From positions 122,993-186,992 of the forward strand of contig CANHVU010000001.1 in assembly GCA_947464275.1 (NCBI GenBank): a DNA stretch of 64,000 bases, read 5' to 3'. The notes under the pieces were generated by a model that was not told where the DNA came from, did no database searches, and worked only from the letters and a program-made list of their open reading frames with translations. The stretch is from Bacteroidota bacterium (GTDB lineage Bacteria; Bacteroidota; Bacteroidia; UKL13-3). This document shows, one piece after another, positions 39,965-49,675 of this stretch (positions within the stretch are counted from its first letter, which is position 1; every line of letters starts with the position of its first letter). The translations under genes were made by a program, and so were the position numbers.

Positions 39965-40468
39965 ATGAAACAAATAGCAATTATAATGGGCAGCGATAGC
40001 GACTTAGAAGTAATGAAAGAAGCTGCCAATGTATTAGACGAATTTAAAATTGAATATGAAATTACAGTAGTATCGGCACATAGAACTCCTGAACGCATGT
40101 ATAACTTTGCTAAGGAAGCTAAAGGCAGAGGCATTAAAGTAATTATTGCAGGTGCAGGTGGTGCAGCTCATTTGCCAGGCATGGTAGCAAGTATTACTAC
40201 TTTGCCTGTTATTGGTGTGCCTGTTAAATTAAAAACCATGGATGGTCTAGATTCATTGCTTTCCATAGTTCAGATGCCTGCAGGCGTTCCTGTAGCCACA
40301 GTAGCTATTAACAATGCTAAAAATGCTGGAATTTTAGCCGCACAAATTTTAGGCACACATAACGAAGAAATTGCTGAAAGCATTCAGGCTTTTAAAGATA
40401 AAATGAAAGCTGAAGTAGAAAAGAAAGCTGAAATAGTAGAAAAAGGTCGCAAAATAATAGGTTATTAA
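39965..40468 (+). CDS. purE: 5-(carboxyamino)imidazole ribonucleotide mutase
   Basis: Motifs IIMGSDSD and SAHRTP, plus [14 protein letters not shown]. Length 167 aa. Confidence 0.9.
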   Translation: MKQIAIIMGSDSDLEVMKEAANVLDEFKIEYEITVVSAHRTPERMYNFAKEAKGRGIKVIIAGAGGAAHLPGMVASITTLPVIGVPVKLKTMDGLDSLLSIVQMPAGVPVATVAINNAKNAGILAAQILGTHNEEIAESIQAFKDKMKAEVEKKAEIVEKGRKIIGY

Positions 40469-40477
40469 AACTTTTTT

Positions 40478-40550
40478 GAAAGCCTTATAAAGATATATTG
40501 TCTTAGAAAGACCATACCTTTATAAGGCTTTATTTATTTTTGTTTTTTTA
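40478..40550 (+). terminator. long-loop hairpin (14-bp perfect arms AAAGCCTTATAAAG/CTTTATAAGGCTTT) followed by a T-rich run; probable purE terminator
   Basis: Read directly. Confidence 0.45.
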
Positions 40551-40578
40551 ATATTATTTCTTTCACACAGTTAGAAAT

Positions 40579-40827
40579 TTATCCTCCTAAACAATTAGTA
40601 GTTAACTCGGAGTAACTGCCTGTGGAAAGATTTAATTCGACAGAAAAAAAACATTTTCCACCATCTCGTACTCTAATATTAACTTCTACTTTAGTCCAAT
40701 CCAAGTCAAAGTCTTGACAAAAACATCCAATCCCAATAACTTTCTGTCCTTTCTTGTTGTAACTAGGAAAATATTGTCGTTTGTATTCTTTTAAATCAAT
40801 TAACCAATACTCACCTAACTTATCCAT
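40579..40827 (-). CDS. hypothetical small protein (82 aa, four Cys, ends NCLGG)
   Basis: ORF only. No signal peptide and no family recognised. Confidence 0.35.
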   Translation of the reverse strand: MDKLGEYWLIDLKEYKRQYFPSYNKKGQKVIGIGCFCQDFDLDWTKVEVNIRVRDGGKCFFSVELNLSTGSYSELTTNCLGG

Positions 40828-40842
40828 TTTTACTTGCTTATT

Positions 40843-41013
40843 TTAAGCAGCAACACTTAAAACCAAAATTGAATCAATTTTAGCCAACTCTTGTTTTGAT
40901 AAAGAAATCGGATTTTTTTCTGGATTTTGTATTACGGCAAAAAGAGTATCTCCTACATTTTTAACAGGCGCAATTGTTTCTTTTTCATGAACAACTTCTT
41001 TCTTTTCTGACAT
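40843..41013 (-). CDS. hypothetical small protein (56 aa; below the 60-aa ORF-track cutoff)
   Basis: Hand-translated as MSEKKEVVHEKETIAPVKNVGDTLFAVIQNPEKNPISLSKQELAKIDSILVLSVAA. It ends 16 nt upstream of the 82-aa gene on the same strand. Confidence 0.3.
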   Translation of the reverse strand: MSEKKEVVHEKETIAPVKNVGDTLFAVIQNPEKNPISLSKQELAKIDSILVLSVAA

Positions 41014-41184
41014 TCAATATCAGCCCACTAAAAAAAGCAGAATGAAAAAAAATTGTATACCCTTTTTCATATATAATCTAAATTCTTTAATTAAATAACT
41101 TGCAGTAAAACAGTTCTTTGAACAGTTCCCAACTCCAAAATTATTTACCAATTGCTTCACGTTCTTTTTCAGCACATCCACAGT

Positions 41185-42162
41185 CTATCGTCTATAAACT
41201 AACTGCAAAATCTCCACTCGCCACATCAATACAAAAACACCTACCAAACTTAACAACGCTGCAAAAATTGACTCTAGTTTTATTTTTTCTTTACCCATAA
41301 AATGCGCTGATACTATTACTGTGATTGGCAAAAACGAAAAAATGGTTTGCGCTAACGATACATCCATATTACTGGCCGCAAAAAGCGACATACTTACTCC
41401 CATTACTGGACCAAATACAGTTCCAATAATGATGGGTTTAAAATACAATTTGGTGGTGCTAATTTCTTTAAACTCTTTCCATACATTTACTTTAAAAATG
41501 CCCATGGCATAAATAAAAATGGTTCCTATAAAAAGCCTAATCCAAGTGGCATGTATGGGCGAAAGTAATTCACCACTGGCATTTTGTAAAACCAAACCTT
41601 TTTTAGCAAACACCAACCCAACTCCTTGACAAACTGCACCTAAAATGGCAAAAATTATTCCTTTGGTTACGTGTTTTTTGTCTAAAACCTCGTTGTTATG
41701 AGCATTACTTTTAATAAACCAAGCTATACCTGCAATGGAAATAAGCATTCCCAAAATGCCAATTATATTAATGCTTTCACCAAGCATAAGAACACCACCA
41801 ATTAAAGCTGCTGCTGGCGCAAAAGAGTTAAACAAACTGGTTCGGCTGCTGCCTAATATTTTAAAAGCTGTAAAAGCAAAATGATCGCCAATACTTAAAC
41901 CAATAATACCCGAAACACCCAACCAAACCCAATGCATTGGCAATGGACCACTAAATAACTCAATAATAGCTAATTGGGAAACATTGCTAAATGAAATAAC
42001 TACACAAGTAATTACACTTAACAAAATGCTTGCGTAAAGCAAACGCACCCTATTAACCGAAACTGGCGCATACAGTTTAGATGCTTTGGTAAACGAAAAC
42101 GTTCCAATGGTCCACCCCGTTAAAGTTATAAGTGCTGCTATTATTCCTGTAGTTTGGTTCAT
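41185..42162 (-). CDS. DMT-superfamily (EamA-like) transporter
   Basis: Ten TM helices in two EamA-like halves. Confidence 0.7.
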   Translation of the reverse strand: MNQTTGIIAALITLTGWTIGTFSFTKASKLYAPVSVNRVRLLYASILLSVITCVVISFSNVSQLAIIELFSGPLPMHWVWLGVSGIIGLSIGDHFAFTAFKILGSSRTSLFNSFAPAAALIGGVLMLGESINIIGILGMLISIAGIAWFIKSNAHNNEVLDKKHVTKGIIFAILGAVCQGVGLVFAKKGLVLQNASGELLSPIHATWIRLFIGTIFIYAMGIFKVNVWKEFKEISTTKLYFKPIIIGTVFGPVMGVSMSLFAASNMDVSLAQTIFSFLPITVIVSAHFMGKEKIKLESIFAALLSLVGVFVLMWRVEILQLVYRR

Positions 42163-42424
42163 TTACTTATTTATTGATTTTTGATTTGAAGAGTTGTTGA
42201 TTAGATGGTTGAATTGTTTTTGTTTCGCTTAATTATAATTCAACAAGATTATCTGCAATTTTCTGCTAAATCTGCGGGAATAATTACAGAACAATAGTTT
42301 TCAGTTAATGGAAAATTGGTTTACCAAACAAGGGAGATGCTTACAGCATGACCCCATTTTTTGGTTAATTTCCTATAATTATTCCTTTCCAACTATTGTC
42401 TATGGTCCATAAACTATTTACCAA

Positions 42425-42457
42425 CTGCCAGAGGCTAGAGGCTAGCTGCCAGAAGCC
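42425..42457. repeat. degenerate GC-rich heptamer element GCCAGAG-GCTAGAG-GCTAGCT-GCCAGAA-GCC, dispersed copy of 22892-22916
   Basis: 22/25 identity to AGGCTAGAAGCCAGTTGCCAGAAGC at 22892-22916. Confidence 0.6.
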
Positions 42458-42467
42458 TTCGCCAAAA

Positions 42468-43037
42468 CTAATTCAACCTTCTTCCAATAATTTCTTTTAT
42501 ACGCTGATACAACTGAAATGGGCTTAATGTGCGCCAAGGCATATTATCAAACTCACCTCCAAAGTTGATGTAATAATCAATATTGGCATGTTTCATTTCA
42601 TCAAGTACATGTTCTTGAAAGTTTAATGCCACAATCCAACCTTCTTCTTCAATGTCTTGAAACCATTCTTCGTAGTAACTGTCATCGCTAGTATGAAAAT
42701 TCAATACATTTTCTCCAATCAATATAAATTTATCAATACCGGCTGCGTTAAAAACTTCCATCACATCACGCTTTAAAAACATAATATCGTTATGCAAAGC
42801 ATCGTTCCATTCGCCCAATAATTCGGCCACCAGAAAACCTTTGTTATAATCAGCAAAAATTATTTTTACATACAAAGTTGGTGTTCCAAAATCGTCCCAC
42901 TGCGGATGAATTAAGTAATTATATATTTGATTGGTAAAATCAAACTCGCTGTATTCTCGTTCATAAAAAGGCGAATTTTCATCGTCTTCACTTTTGTACA
43001 TATCGCGCCATAAGTAGTGTGGCTCAATGCTTTCCAT
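42468..43037 (-). CDS. hypothetical acidic cytoplasmic protein
   Basis: ORF only. Rich in D/E/Y/W. No family recognised. Confidence 0.35.
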   Translation of the reverse strand: MESIEPHYLWRDMYKSEDDENSPFYEREYSEFDFTNQIYNYLIHPQWDDFGTPTLYVKIIFADYNKGFLVAELLGEWNDALHNDIMFLKRDVMEVFNAAGIDKFILIGENVLNFHTSDDSYYEEWFQDIEEEGWIVALNFQEHVLDEMKHANIDYYINFGGEFDNMPWRTLSPFQLYQRIKEIIGRRLN

Positions 43038-43047
43038 ATTTTTCTAT

Positions 43048-44991
43048 TTATCGTTTGTAATCGGTTTTTAAAACCCTAAAAGTAGTACGTCTGTTTACTT
43101 GGTGTTCAGCTTCGCTGCAATCTATTCCATCGCTGCAATCGTTTAATAATTTGGTTTCACCATAACCAACAGCCACCATTCTATCTTTGGCTATTCCTTT
43201 ACTAATTAAATAAGTTAAACAGCTTTGCGCGCGTTTTTTCGATAATTCTAAGTTATAATCGGCAGGTGCGCGGCTATCGGTATGCGAACCAATTTCAACA
43301 GTAATAGTCGGGTTATTTTTTAAAATAATGGCCAATGAATCCAAAACTACTTTCGACTCTGGGCGCAAATCGTATTTATCTAAATCGTATAAAATGCCTT
43401 GTAAAGTAAAATCAACCTCAGGAGCAGGAATCACATCCAAATAAATAGTTAACTCCACCACCGAGTCCTTTTGCATGCCCACACTCGAAATTTCTATTGG
43501 GGTACTTGCAAAATAACCGCTTTTATTTGCCAAAAGTGTTTGTAAAGTATTCAAAGGAATTTCGCCACTGTACTCACCTTTATCGGTAGTGTTAACGGTA
43601 AATATATTTTTACCACTATTATTGGTTACTGTAACCAAGGCTTTGCCTAATGGCGAATTGGTTTCGCGCTCCAAAACTTTTCCTTTTACCAAAAACACAA
43701 ATGGTTTTACAGTAATGCTGTAAATATCATCATCGCCTAAGCCATCCATTCTATTTGAGGTAAAAAACGCAATGGGCGCATCGGCTTTTTGTAAATGTTG
43801 TGGTAAAAATGTAATCCCAAAATCATCTCCTCCACTGTTAATGGGGTATTGCAAATTTTGTGGCACTTTGTAAGTATTGGCCGAGTCTTGTGTTTTAAAA
43901 ATATCTAATCCACCTAAACCTATTTTGCCTTTTGTAGAATAGTACAATTCATTGGTTTCACTGATGTATGGAAACATATCATCGTCAAAAGTATTTACCA
44001 TGGCACCTAGGTTTTTTGGCGTTTGCCAAGTTGCTTTTACTTCATCAAAATTACTTACATAAATATCTTTTTCACCAAAACCTCCAGGCATATCACTCGC
44101 AAAATATAATTGCTTACCATCAGCACTTAAACTTGGTTGGCCACAACTAAAACTATCAGAATTAAAAGGCAATAAACTTGGTTCACCCCACACATTATTT
44201 TGTTTGTAAGTAACATATATTTTACAATTAATTCCTTTTCCATCTGTGCCATTGCATTGTGTAAAATACATGGTATTTTGGGTAGAATCTAAACAAGCCA
44301 CGCCATCGTTATAATTAGTATTTACTTTGCCTAATACATTGTTTGGTTTGCCATAAGCATTATCGTAATTGGCTTCAAAAATATCACACATTTTTTGTCC
44401 CGTCCATTCAAATATCAAACTTCCGGTACTTTCTTTCCTACTCGATGTCCAAAACATTTTTCCATTGCTGTAAAAAGGTGCATAATCTCCAAACTCGGTA
44501 TTCCAATCTTTAACGTTATTTACATTAAACTTAAGCGGATTGGCCTTCCATTGTTGCGCCAAAGCACACGATTGTTGTGCTATTTTTCCTTTTGAATCCT
44601 CTGGTAGTTCAAATAAATAATCGCTAAAAGTTCTATTGGCATCATCATATTTTTCAAAATATTTTAATAAATTACCATAGCTGTATAACACAATTGGGTC
44701 AGGATATTTGGAATTTAGAACTTCTTCAAACCACTTAATTGCTTGAGTATAATTATCGCTTAGTCTATAACTTTCAGCAATACCAAAAAGCACTTTCTGC
44801 TTTAATTCAGCGTCTTTTATTTTAGGATAAACTTTTTTATAAATGCTTGCTGCGGTATTATATTTTTTATATAAAAAAGCATTATTGGCCTTATCCAACT
44901 CAAATTGATAAGGTAGTTGATTTTGCTGTGCAATTAAGCTGTTAACTCCAAATAGCACCAAAAAAAATAAAATGTTTTGCGTTGTTTTCAT
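43048..44991 (-). CDS. OmpA family protein with TPR, WD40-like beta-propeller (TolB-like) repeats and a C-terminal OmpA peptidoglycan-binding domain
   Basis: Signal peptide is present. OmpA C-domain TVEIGSHTDSRAPADYNLELSKKRAQSCLTYL...GYGETK. Confidence 0.8.
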   Translation of the reverse strand: MKTTQNILFFLVLFGVNSLIAQQNQLPYQFELDKANNAFLYKKYNTAASIYKKVYPKIKDAELKQKVLFGIAESYRLSDNYTQAIKWFEEVLNSKYPDPIVLYSYGNLLKYFEKYDDANRTFSDYLFELPEDSKGKIAQQSCALAQQWKANPLKFNVNNVKDWNTEFGDYAPFYSNGKMFWTSSRKESTGSLIFEWTGQKMCDIFEANYDNAYGKPNNVLGKVNTNYNDGVACLDSTQNTMYFTQCNGTDGKGINCKIYVTYKQNNVWGEPSLLPFNSDSFSCGQPSLSADGKQLYFASDMPGGFGEKDIYVSNFDEVKATWQTPKNLGAMVNTFDDDMFPYISETNELYYSTKGKIGLGGLDIFKTQDSANTYKVPQNLQYPINSGGDDFGITFLPQHLQKADAPIAFFTSNRMDGLGDDDIYSITVKPFVFLVKGKVLERETNSPLGKALVTVTNNSGKNIFTVNTTDKGEYSGEIPLNTLQTLLANKSGYFASTPIEISSVGMQKDSVVELTIYLDVIPAPEVDFTLQGILYDLDKYDLRPESKVVLDSLAIILKNNPTITVEIGSHTDSRAPADYNLELSKKRAQSCLTYLISKGIAKDRMVAVGYGETKLLNDCSDGIDCSEAEHQVNRRTTFRVLKTDYKR

Positions 44992-45112
44992 GAAAATATT
45001 GAGTCAAGACCAATTGTTCAAATATAATGAGCCATTGTTGAGCAATGCAATAGTAAATATTACTATTAAATAAATGACAATTAAATAACAGAATTGGCTG
45101 CTTATATATTCA

Positions 45113-45802
45113 TTATCTTACAGCGCTCATTCCGCCATCTACCTGTAAAATTTGACCTGTGACCCAATTGGCATTTAATAAATACTCCACAGCATTACTT
45201 ATATCTTCCACATTTCCAATTTTTTTAAGTGGATGGCGTTCTTCTGCTCCTTTCAATTTGGCTTCTGCATTAATTAGTTTATCGGCAAGTGGTGTAGCAG
45301 TTAACGATGGAGCAACTGCATTTACCCTAATTTTTGGAGCAAACTCAGCTGCTAAACTTCGCGTTAAACCTTCAACTGCTCCTTTTGCCATGGCAATACT
45401 GGCGTGAAAAGCCATTCCTGTTTGCATTGCCACTGTGCTAAAAAGTACAATATTTCCATTTCCCGCACTGATTAAATTAGGTAAATATTGTTTAATGGTT
45501 TTAACTGCACCTAGCGCATTTATATTAAACTCGTTCAAATAATCTTCTGGTTTTAGTGCCCTAAATGGTTTTAAATTTATTGTACCTGGGCAATAGATTA
45601 GTCCGTTTATGCTTTCTTCAATTGCAGGAAAAATTGGGCTTTCTTCACTTATATTTACCTGATAATAGGTAACATTATTTAAACTAGATAAATTATTATC
45701 GCTTCTGCTCAATGCAATAACTTTATTGCCATTTTCGGTTAAATTTTTTGCCAATTGAAAACCAATTCCAGAGCTTGCTCCTACTATTAAATACGTTTGC
45801 AT
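45113..45802 (-). CDS. SDR family oxidoreductase
   Basis: Cofactor motif VGASSGIG. Length 229 aa. Confidence 0.7.
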   Translation of the reverse strand: MQTYLIVGASSGIGFQLAKNLTENGNKVIALSRSDNNLSSLNNVTYYQVNISEESPIFPAIEESINGLIYCPGTINLKPFRALKPEDYLNEFNINALGAVKTIKQYLPNLISAGNGNIVLFSTVAMQTGMAFHASIAMAKGAVEGLTRSLAAEFAPKIRVNAVAPSLTATPLADKLINAEAKLKGAEERHPLKKIGNVEDISNAVEYLLNANWVTGQILQVDGGMSAVR

Positions 45803-45952
45803 ATCAATACAACTTACATAAAGGTTTTTAGTTTTAGTAGTTGATTGAAATAATTACAATTCATTTTTTACCTTCTAACCATTTAATGGTTCCTTTTGTG
45901 TAAGCAAAGTATTTATTTTTAACCTTAACCTTTTATATTAGCCAAATAAAAT

Positions 45953-47011
45953 ATGTTAAATAAAGCAAAAATATATTGGTATTGCCAGTTTGGAGGTTGG
46001 TTTGTTTTTATTTTAATAGAACTAATTACATACATTAACGAAACGGGTTTTGCAATTGGTTTAATCATAAATGCAATGGTAAACTGGATAGTTTGTATTC
46101 TTTTAACTCATTTTTATCGATTAATAATTATAAAGGCAAATTGGTTGGTTTTACCTTTAAAAAAACTAATTCCACGTGGGGTTTTCATGATTGTATTAAT
46201 ATCTGTGCCATTAACACTTATAAACATTGTTTTAGACTTTTACACAGTTCCATCTGATACAGAAAATTATAATATTCAGGATGCAATTCTATCTCAAATT
46301 GATTTTGCACGTTTGCCTATTTTCTTTTTCAATTTATCTAAATACGTTTTTTTATGGGCTATTATTTATCATTTCTTTTTATTTTGGGAAAGATTACTCA
46401 AAACTGAAACCGATAAATTTGAGTTACAAGCAATTTTAAAAGAAACACAATACAACAATTTAAAGACACAATTAAATCCTCATTTTTTATTTAATTCATT
46501 AAATGGAATAAGAACTTTGGTAGATATTGACCCAGAAAATGCTAAAGAAGCAATCACCAGATTAAGTAGCCTTTTGCGAGGTTCTTTAAAAATGGAGAAA
46601 CATAAAACTGTTACGTTAGCTGATGAATTACAAACAGTTAATGATTATTTAGCCATAGAAAAAATTAGATTTGACGAACGCTTGAAAACTGTGTTGGAAA
46701 TTGCACCTGAAACGTTAAAAACAAATTTACCTCCCATGATGATTCAAACATTGGTAGAAAATGGTATTAAGCACGGAATCAGTAACTTAAAAAACGGTGG
46801 CACCATTTTAATCAAATCATTTACAAAACATCAAAACACCGTTATTCAAATTATCAATAGTGGTCAATTCAATCCAAAACATGAAAGTTCTGGACTTGGA
46901 ATTGAAAACACGAAAGAAAGATTGCGCATATTGTTTGAGGACAAAGCCTCATTTAGTATTAAAAACCAAGACGAACAAAACGTATTAACCGAAATAATTT
47001 TACCATTATGA
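45953..47011 (+). CDS. LytS/YehU-type sensor histidine kinase
   Basis: N-terminal TM helices. His_kinase motif LKTQLNPHFLFNSLNGIRTL. HATPase_c C-terminus. Confidence 0.8.
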   Translation: MLNKAKIYWYCQFGGWFVFILIELITYINETGFAIGLIINAMVNWIVCILLTHFYRLIIIKANWLVLPLKKLIPRGVFMIVLISVPLTLINIVLDFYTVPSDTENYNIQDAILSQIDFARLPIFFFNLSKYVFLWAIIYHFFLFWERLLKTETDKFELQAILKETQYNNLKTQLNPHFLFNSLNGIRTLVDIDPENAKEAITRLSSLLRGSLKMEKHKTVTLADELQTVNDYLAIEKIRFDERLKTVLEIAPETLKTNLPPMMIQTLVENGIKHGISNLKNGGTILIKSFTKHQNTVIQIINSGQFNPKHESSGLGIENTKERLRILFEDKASFSIKNQDEQNVLTEIILPL

Positions 47012-47727
47012 TCAAAACAATCATTATAGACGATGAAAAATTAGCCCGCGAAGGCTTAAAAAACCTTTTAAAAGAGTTTAACGAAATTGAAATTATTGCT
47101 GAAGCAAGCAATGCCGATGAAGGGTTAGATTTAATTGACAAACTTAAACCTCAATTAATTTTTTTAGATATTCAAATGCCTGAAAAAACTGGTTTTGAAA
47201 TGTTAGAAGAGCTAATTGAGACCCCTGCTATTATTTTTACAACTGCCTATAATGAATTTGCCATTAAAGCTTTTGAAGTAAATGCGCTTGATTATATTTT
47301 AAAGCCCATAGAAACCAGTCGTTTACGTGAAGCTATTTCAAAAGCTAAAAAACAAATAGCTGCTGACGAAGAACAAAAAGGAAATGGAAAACTAGCAGAA
47401 GATAGCCAAGTTTTTATTAGAGATGGCGACCGTTGCTGGTATGTAAAATTAACTGATATTCGACTAATTGAAAGCAACGGAAATTATGCGAAGATCTTTT
47501 TTGATAAATACCAACCGTTAATTCACAGAACTTTAAACTCATTGGACGAGCGCTTAAGTCCGAAAATGTTTTTTAGAGCTAATCGCCAACAAATTGTAAA
47601 CTTAAATTACATCGATAAAATTGAGCCTTTCTTTAACAGTGGACTTTTGTTTTACATGAAAGATGGTTCTAAGGTTGAAGTTAGCAGACGCCAAGCTGTT
47701 AAGTTTAAAGATATGATGAGTTTATAA
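47008..47727 (+). CDS. LytTR-family response regulator
   Basis: Receiver domain (IIIDDE...LIFLDIQMP) plus a C-terminal LytTR domain. It overlaps the kinase gene by 4 nt. Confidence 0.85.
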   Translation: MIKTIIIDDEKLAREGLKNLLKEFNEIEIIAEASNADEGLDLIDKLKPQLIFLDIQMPEKTGFEMLEELIETPAIIFTTAYNEFAIKAFEVNALDYILKPIETSRLREAISKAKKQIAADEEQKGNGKLAEDSQVFIRDGDRCWYVKLTDIRLIESNGNYAKIFFDKYQPLIHRTLNSLDERLSPKMFFRANRQQIVNLNYIDKIEPFFNSGLLFYMKDGSKVEVSRRQAVKFKDMMSL

Positions 47728-47728
47728 A

Positions 47729-48271
47729 ATGAACGAACAATTTTTGATGAGTGTAAATAAGCAATTTTTATACTACAAATCGCTTGCAGAAAAATCGTTT
47801 GATCAATTAGAAGAAAATCAGCTTTTTGTTCAAAAAAATGAAGACACCAACAGCATTGCAACAATTGTAAAACACCTAGCAGGAAATATGCTTTCACGTT
47901 GGACAGATATATTTAACTCTGATGGCGAAAAACCTTGGCGCATGCGCGATGCTGAATTTGAAAACGATTTAAAAACTAAAGAACAAATGCTCCTTACTTG
48001 GAATAAAGGTTGGAACTGCTTTTTAGAAACACTAAATAGTTTACAAGCATCTGATTTAGAACGAATTATTTATATTAGAAATGAAGGTCATACTGTGATG
48101 GATGCAATTAACAGACAATTAGCACATTATAGTTATCATATTGGGCAAATTGTTTTTTATAGCAAGCAATTAAAAGCTGGCACGTGGAACAGTTTATCCA
48201 TCCCTAAAAACAATTCGAATGCATACAATGACAAAAAATTTGCGCAAGAAAAAAGCATTAAACTTTACTGA
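47729..48271 (+). CDS. DinB/YfiT-like (DUF1572-type) four-helix-bundle protein
   Basis: Size and motif pattern (HLAGNM...W...HY.YHIGQI). Tentative. Confidence 0.4.
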   Translation: MNEQFLMSVNKQFLYYKSLAEKSFDQLEENQLFVQKNEDTNSIATIVKHLAGNMLSRWTDIFNSDGEKPWRMRDAEFENDLKTKEQMLLTWNKGWNCFLETLNSLQASDLERIIYIRNEGHTVMDAINRQLAHYSYHIGQIVFYSKQLKAGTWNSLSIPKNNSNAYNDKKFAQEKSIKLY

Positions 48272-48290
48272 CAGTGAATTGAAGTAGTAT

Positions 48291-48971
48291 TTACTTCAAT
48301 TCATCTTCAAAAATTATTCTACTTTGTCCCTCCGGCAAATTATTTAAATGTACATTTCCAATTCTTACACGTTTTAAGCTAGTAACCAAATAATCAAGCT
48401 TATAACACATTCGCCTGATTTGGCGATTTAAACCCTGAACCAAAATGATTTTAAAAGTAAAATCATCCATTTTTTGAACAACGCAAGGCAGCGTAACTTG
48501 TCCTAATATTTCAACTCCCCTACTCATTTTTAATATAAAATCATCGGTAACTACTTTATTTACAGTTACTATATATTCTTTTTCTACCTCGCTTTTTGGA
48601 TTAATGGTTTTGTTAAATAAATAACCATCGTTGGTTAAAATGAGCAGTCCTTCCGATTCTTTGTCAAGCCTACCAACAGGAAAAAGTTTTTCATCAAAAT
48701 TGATTAATTCCTTTAAGTTATTGGGTATTTCGGGGTTTAAAGTACACTCTATTCCTCGTGGTTTATGTAATGCGACATAAATTATTTTTTTGCCTTCCTG
48801 AATAACTTCTCCATTCAGTTCTACCCAATCCGTTTCTTTTATTAAAATATTATCATTCACATTTACAGCATTTACCAACACCACGTTAGCTGCAATTATT
48901 TCTTTTGCCTTAGCATTTGAAATCTTCATTTTTTTAACCAATAAATACTGCAACTTTTCTCTGTAAGACAT
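48291..48971 (-). CDS. rRNA pseudouridine synthase (RsuA/RluB/RluF family) with N-terminal S4 domain
   Basis: Motifs HKPRG and VGRLDKESEGLLILTNDG. Confidence 0.8.
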   Translation of the reverse strand: MSYREKLQYLLVKKMKISNAKAKEIIAANVVLVNAVNVNDNILIKETDWVELNGEVIQEGKKIIYVALHKPRGIECTLNPEIPNNLKELINFDEKLFPVGRLDKESEGLLILTNDGYLFNKTINPKSEVEKEYIVTVNKVVTDDFILKMSRGVEILGQVTLPCVVQKMDDFTFKIILVQGLNRQIRRMCYKLDYLVTSLKRVRIGNVHLNNLPEGQSRIIFEDELK

Positions 48972-49675
48972 TATACACGATCACTTAACTTTTGAGCAAA
49001 ATAAAGACAAAATTTAGCAGTAATCTCATGTAAGATAAAAAACTTACATTTTTATGCTTAAAAGTATTCATAAAGCCTCATAAGTATTAAGTAACTAGCT
49101 AGCGCGACAATCAAAAAAAGATTTCAGACAATTTGAAATGATAAAAAATGGTGGTTTTCATTATTTGGAGCCAATTCGTGTATAAATGACTGATATTTTC
49201 AAATATTTTGATAAAAACATTTCATTTTTTTAGGTTTTGGTAACTTTTATGCTTTCATGATAATACAATATTACAAACGATTATTCACACTCAAATTAGC
49301 CATTTTAAGCTTATCAATTTACACCTTATTACATATTATAGACTTCATTCCATTACTATCAAAAAAGTGTCTTAAATCGAAGAAAAAACATTATAAATTG
49401 GCTTCAATATAATGGCCCTACCAAACGCGACATTTAAACTTAACGCTTGTTAGTTTGTAAAATAAATTGGATATAAAGAAATGTTTTGATTTAAAGAAAA
49501 TTACCAAAACAACTATTTGGTTCATTTTGTGTTCATTAAGTAAATTGTATGTTGAACGTAAAATTTTCAATAAAAATATACACGTTTTAAAAATGTGCGT
49601 TTAAGTGTTAGGTAATCAATGTACAAATTGCTTTTATCACCACTATTTTCGCATAGTACATAAAGAAAAAATATT

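Noticed and set aside
48972-49675. tmRNA, RNase P RNA or 6S RNA in the long spacer
   Set aside because: The conserved landmarks are absent: GGGGCTGATTCTGGATTCGAC for tmRNA and AGGAAAGTCCGGGCTCC for RNase P. Base composition is far too AT-rich for those structured RNAs.
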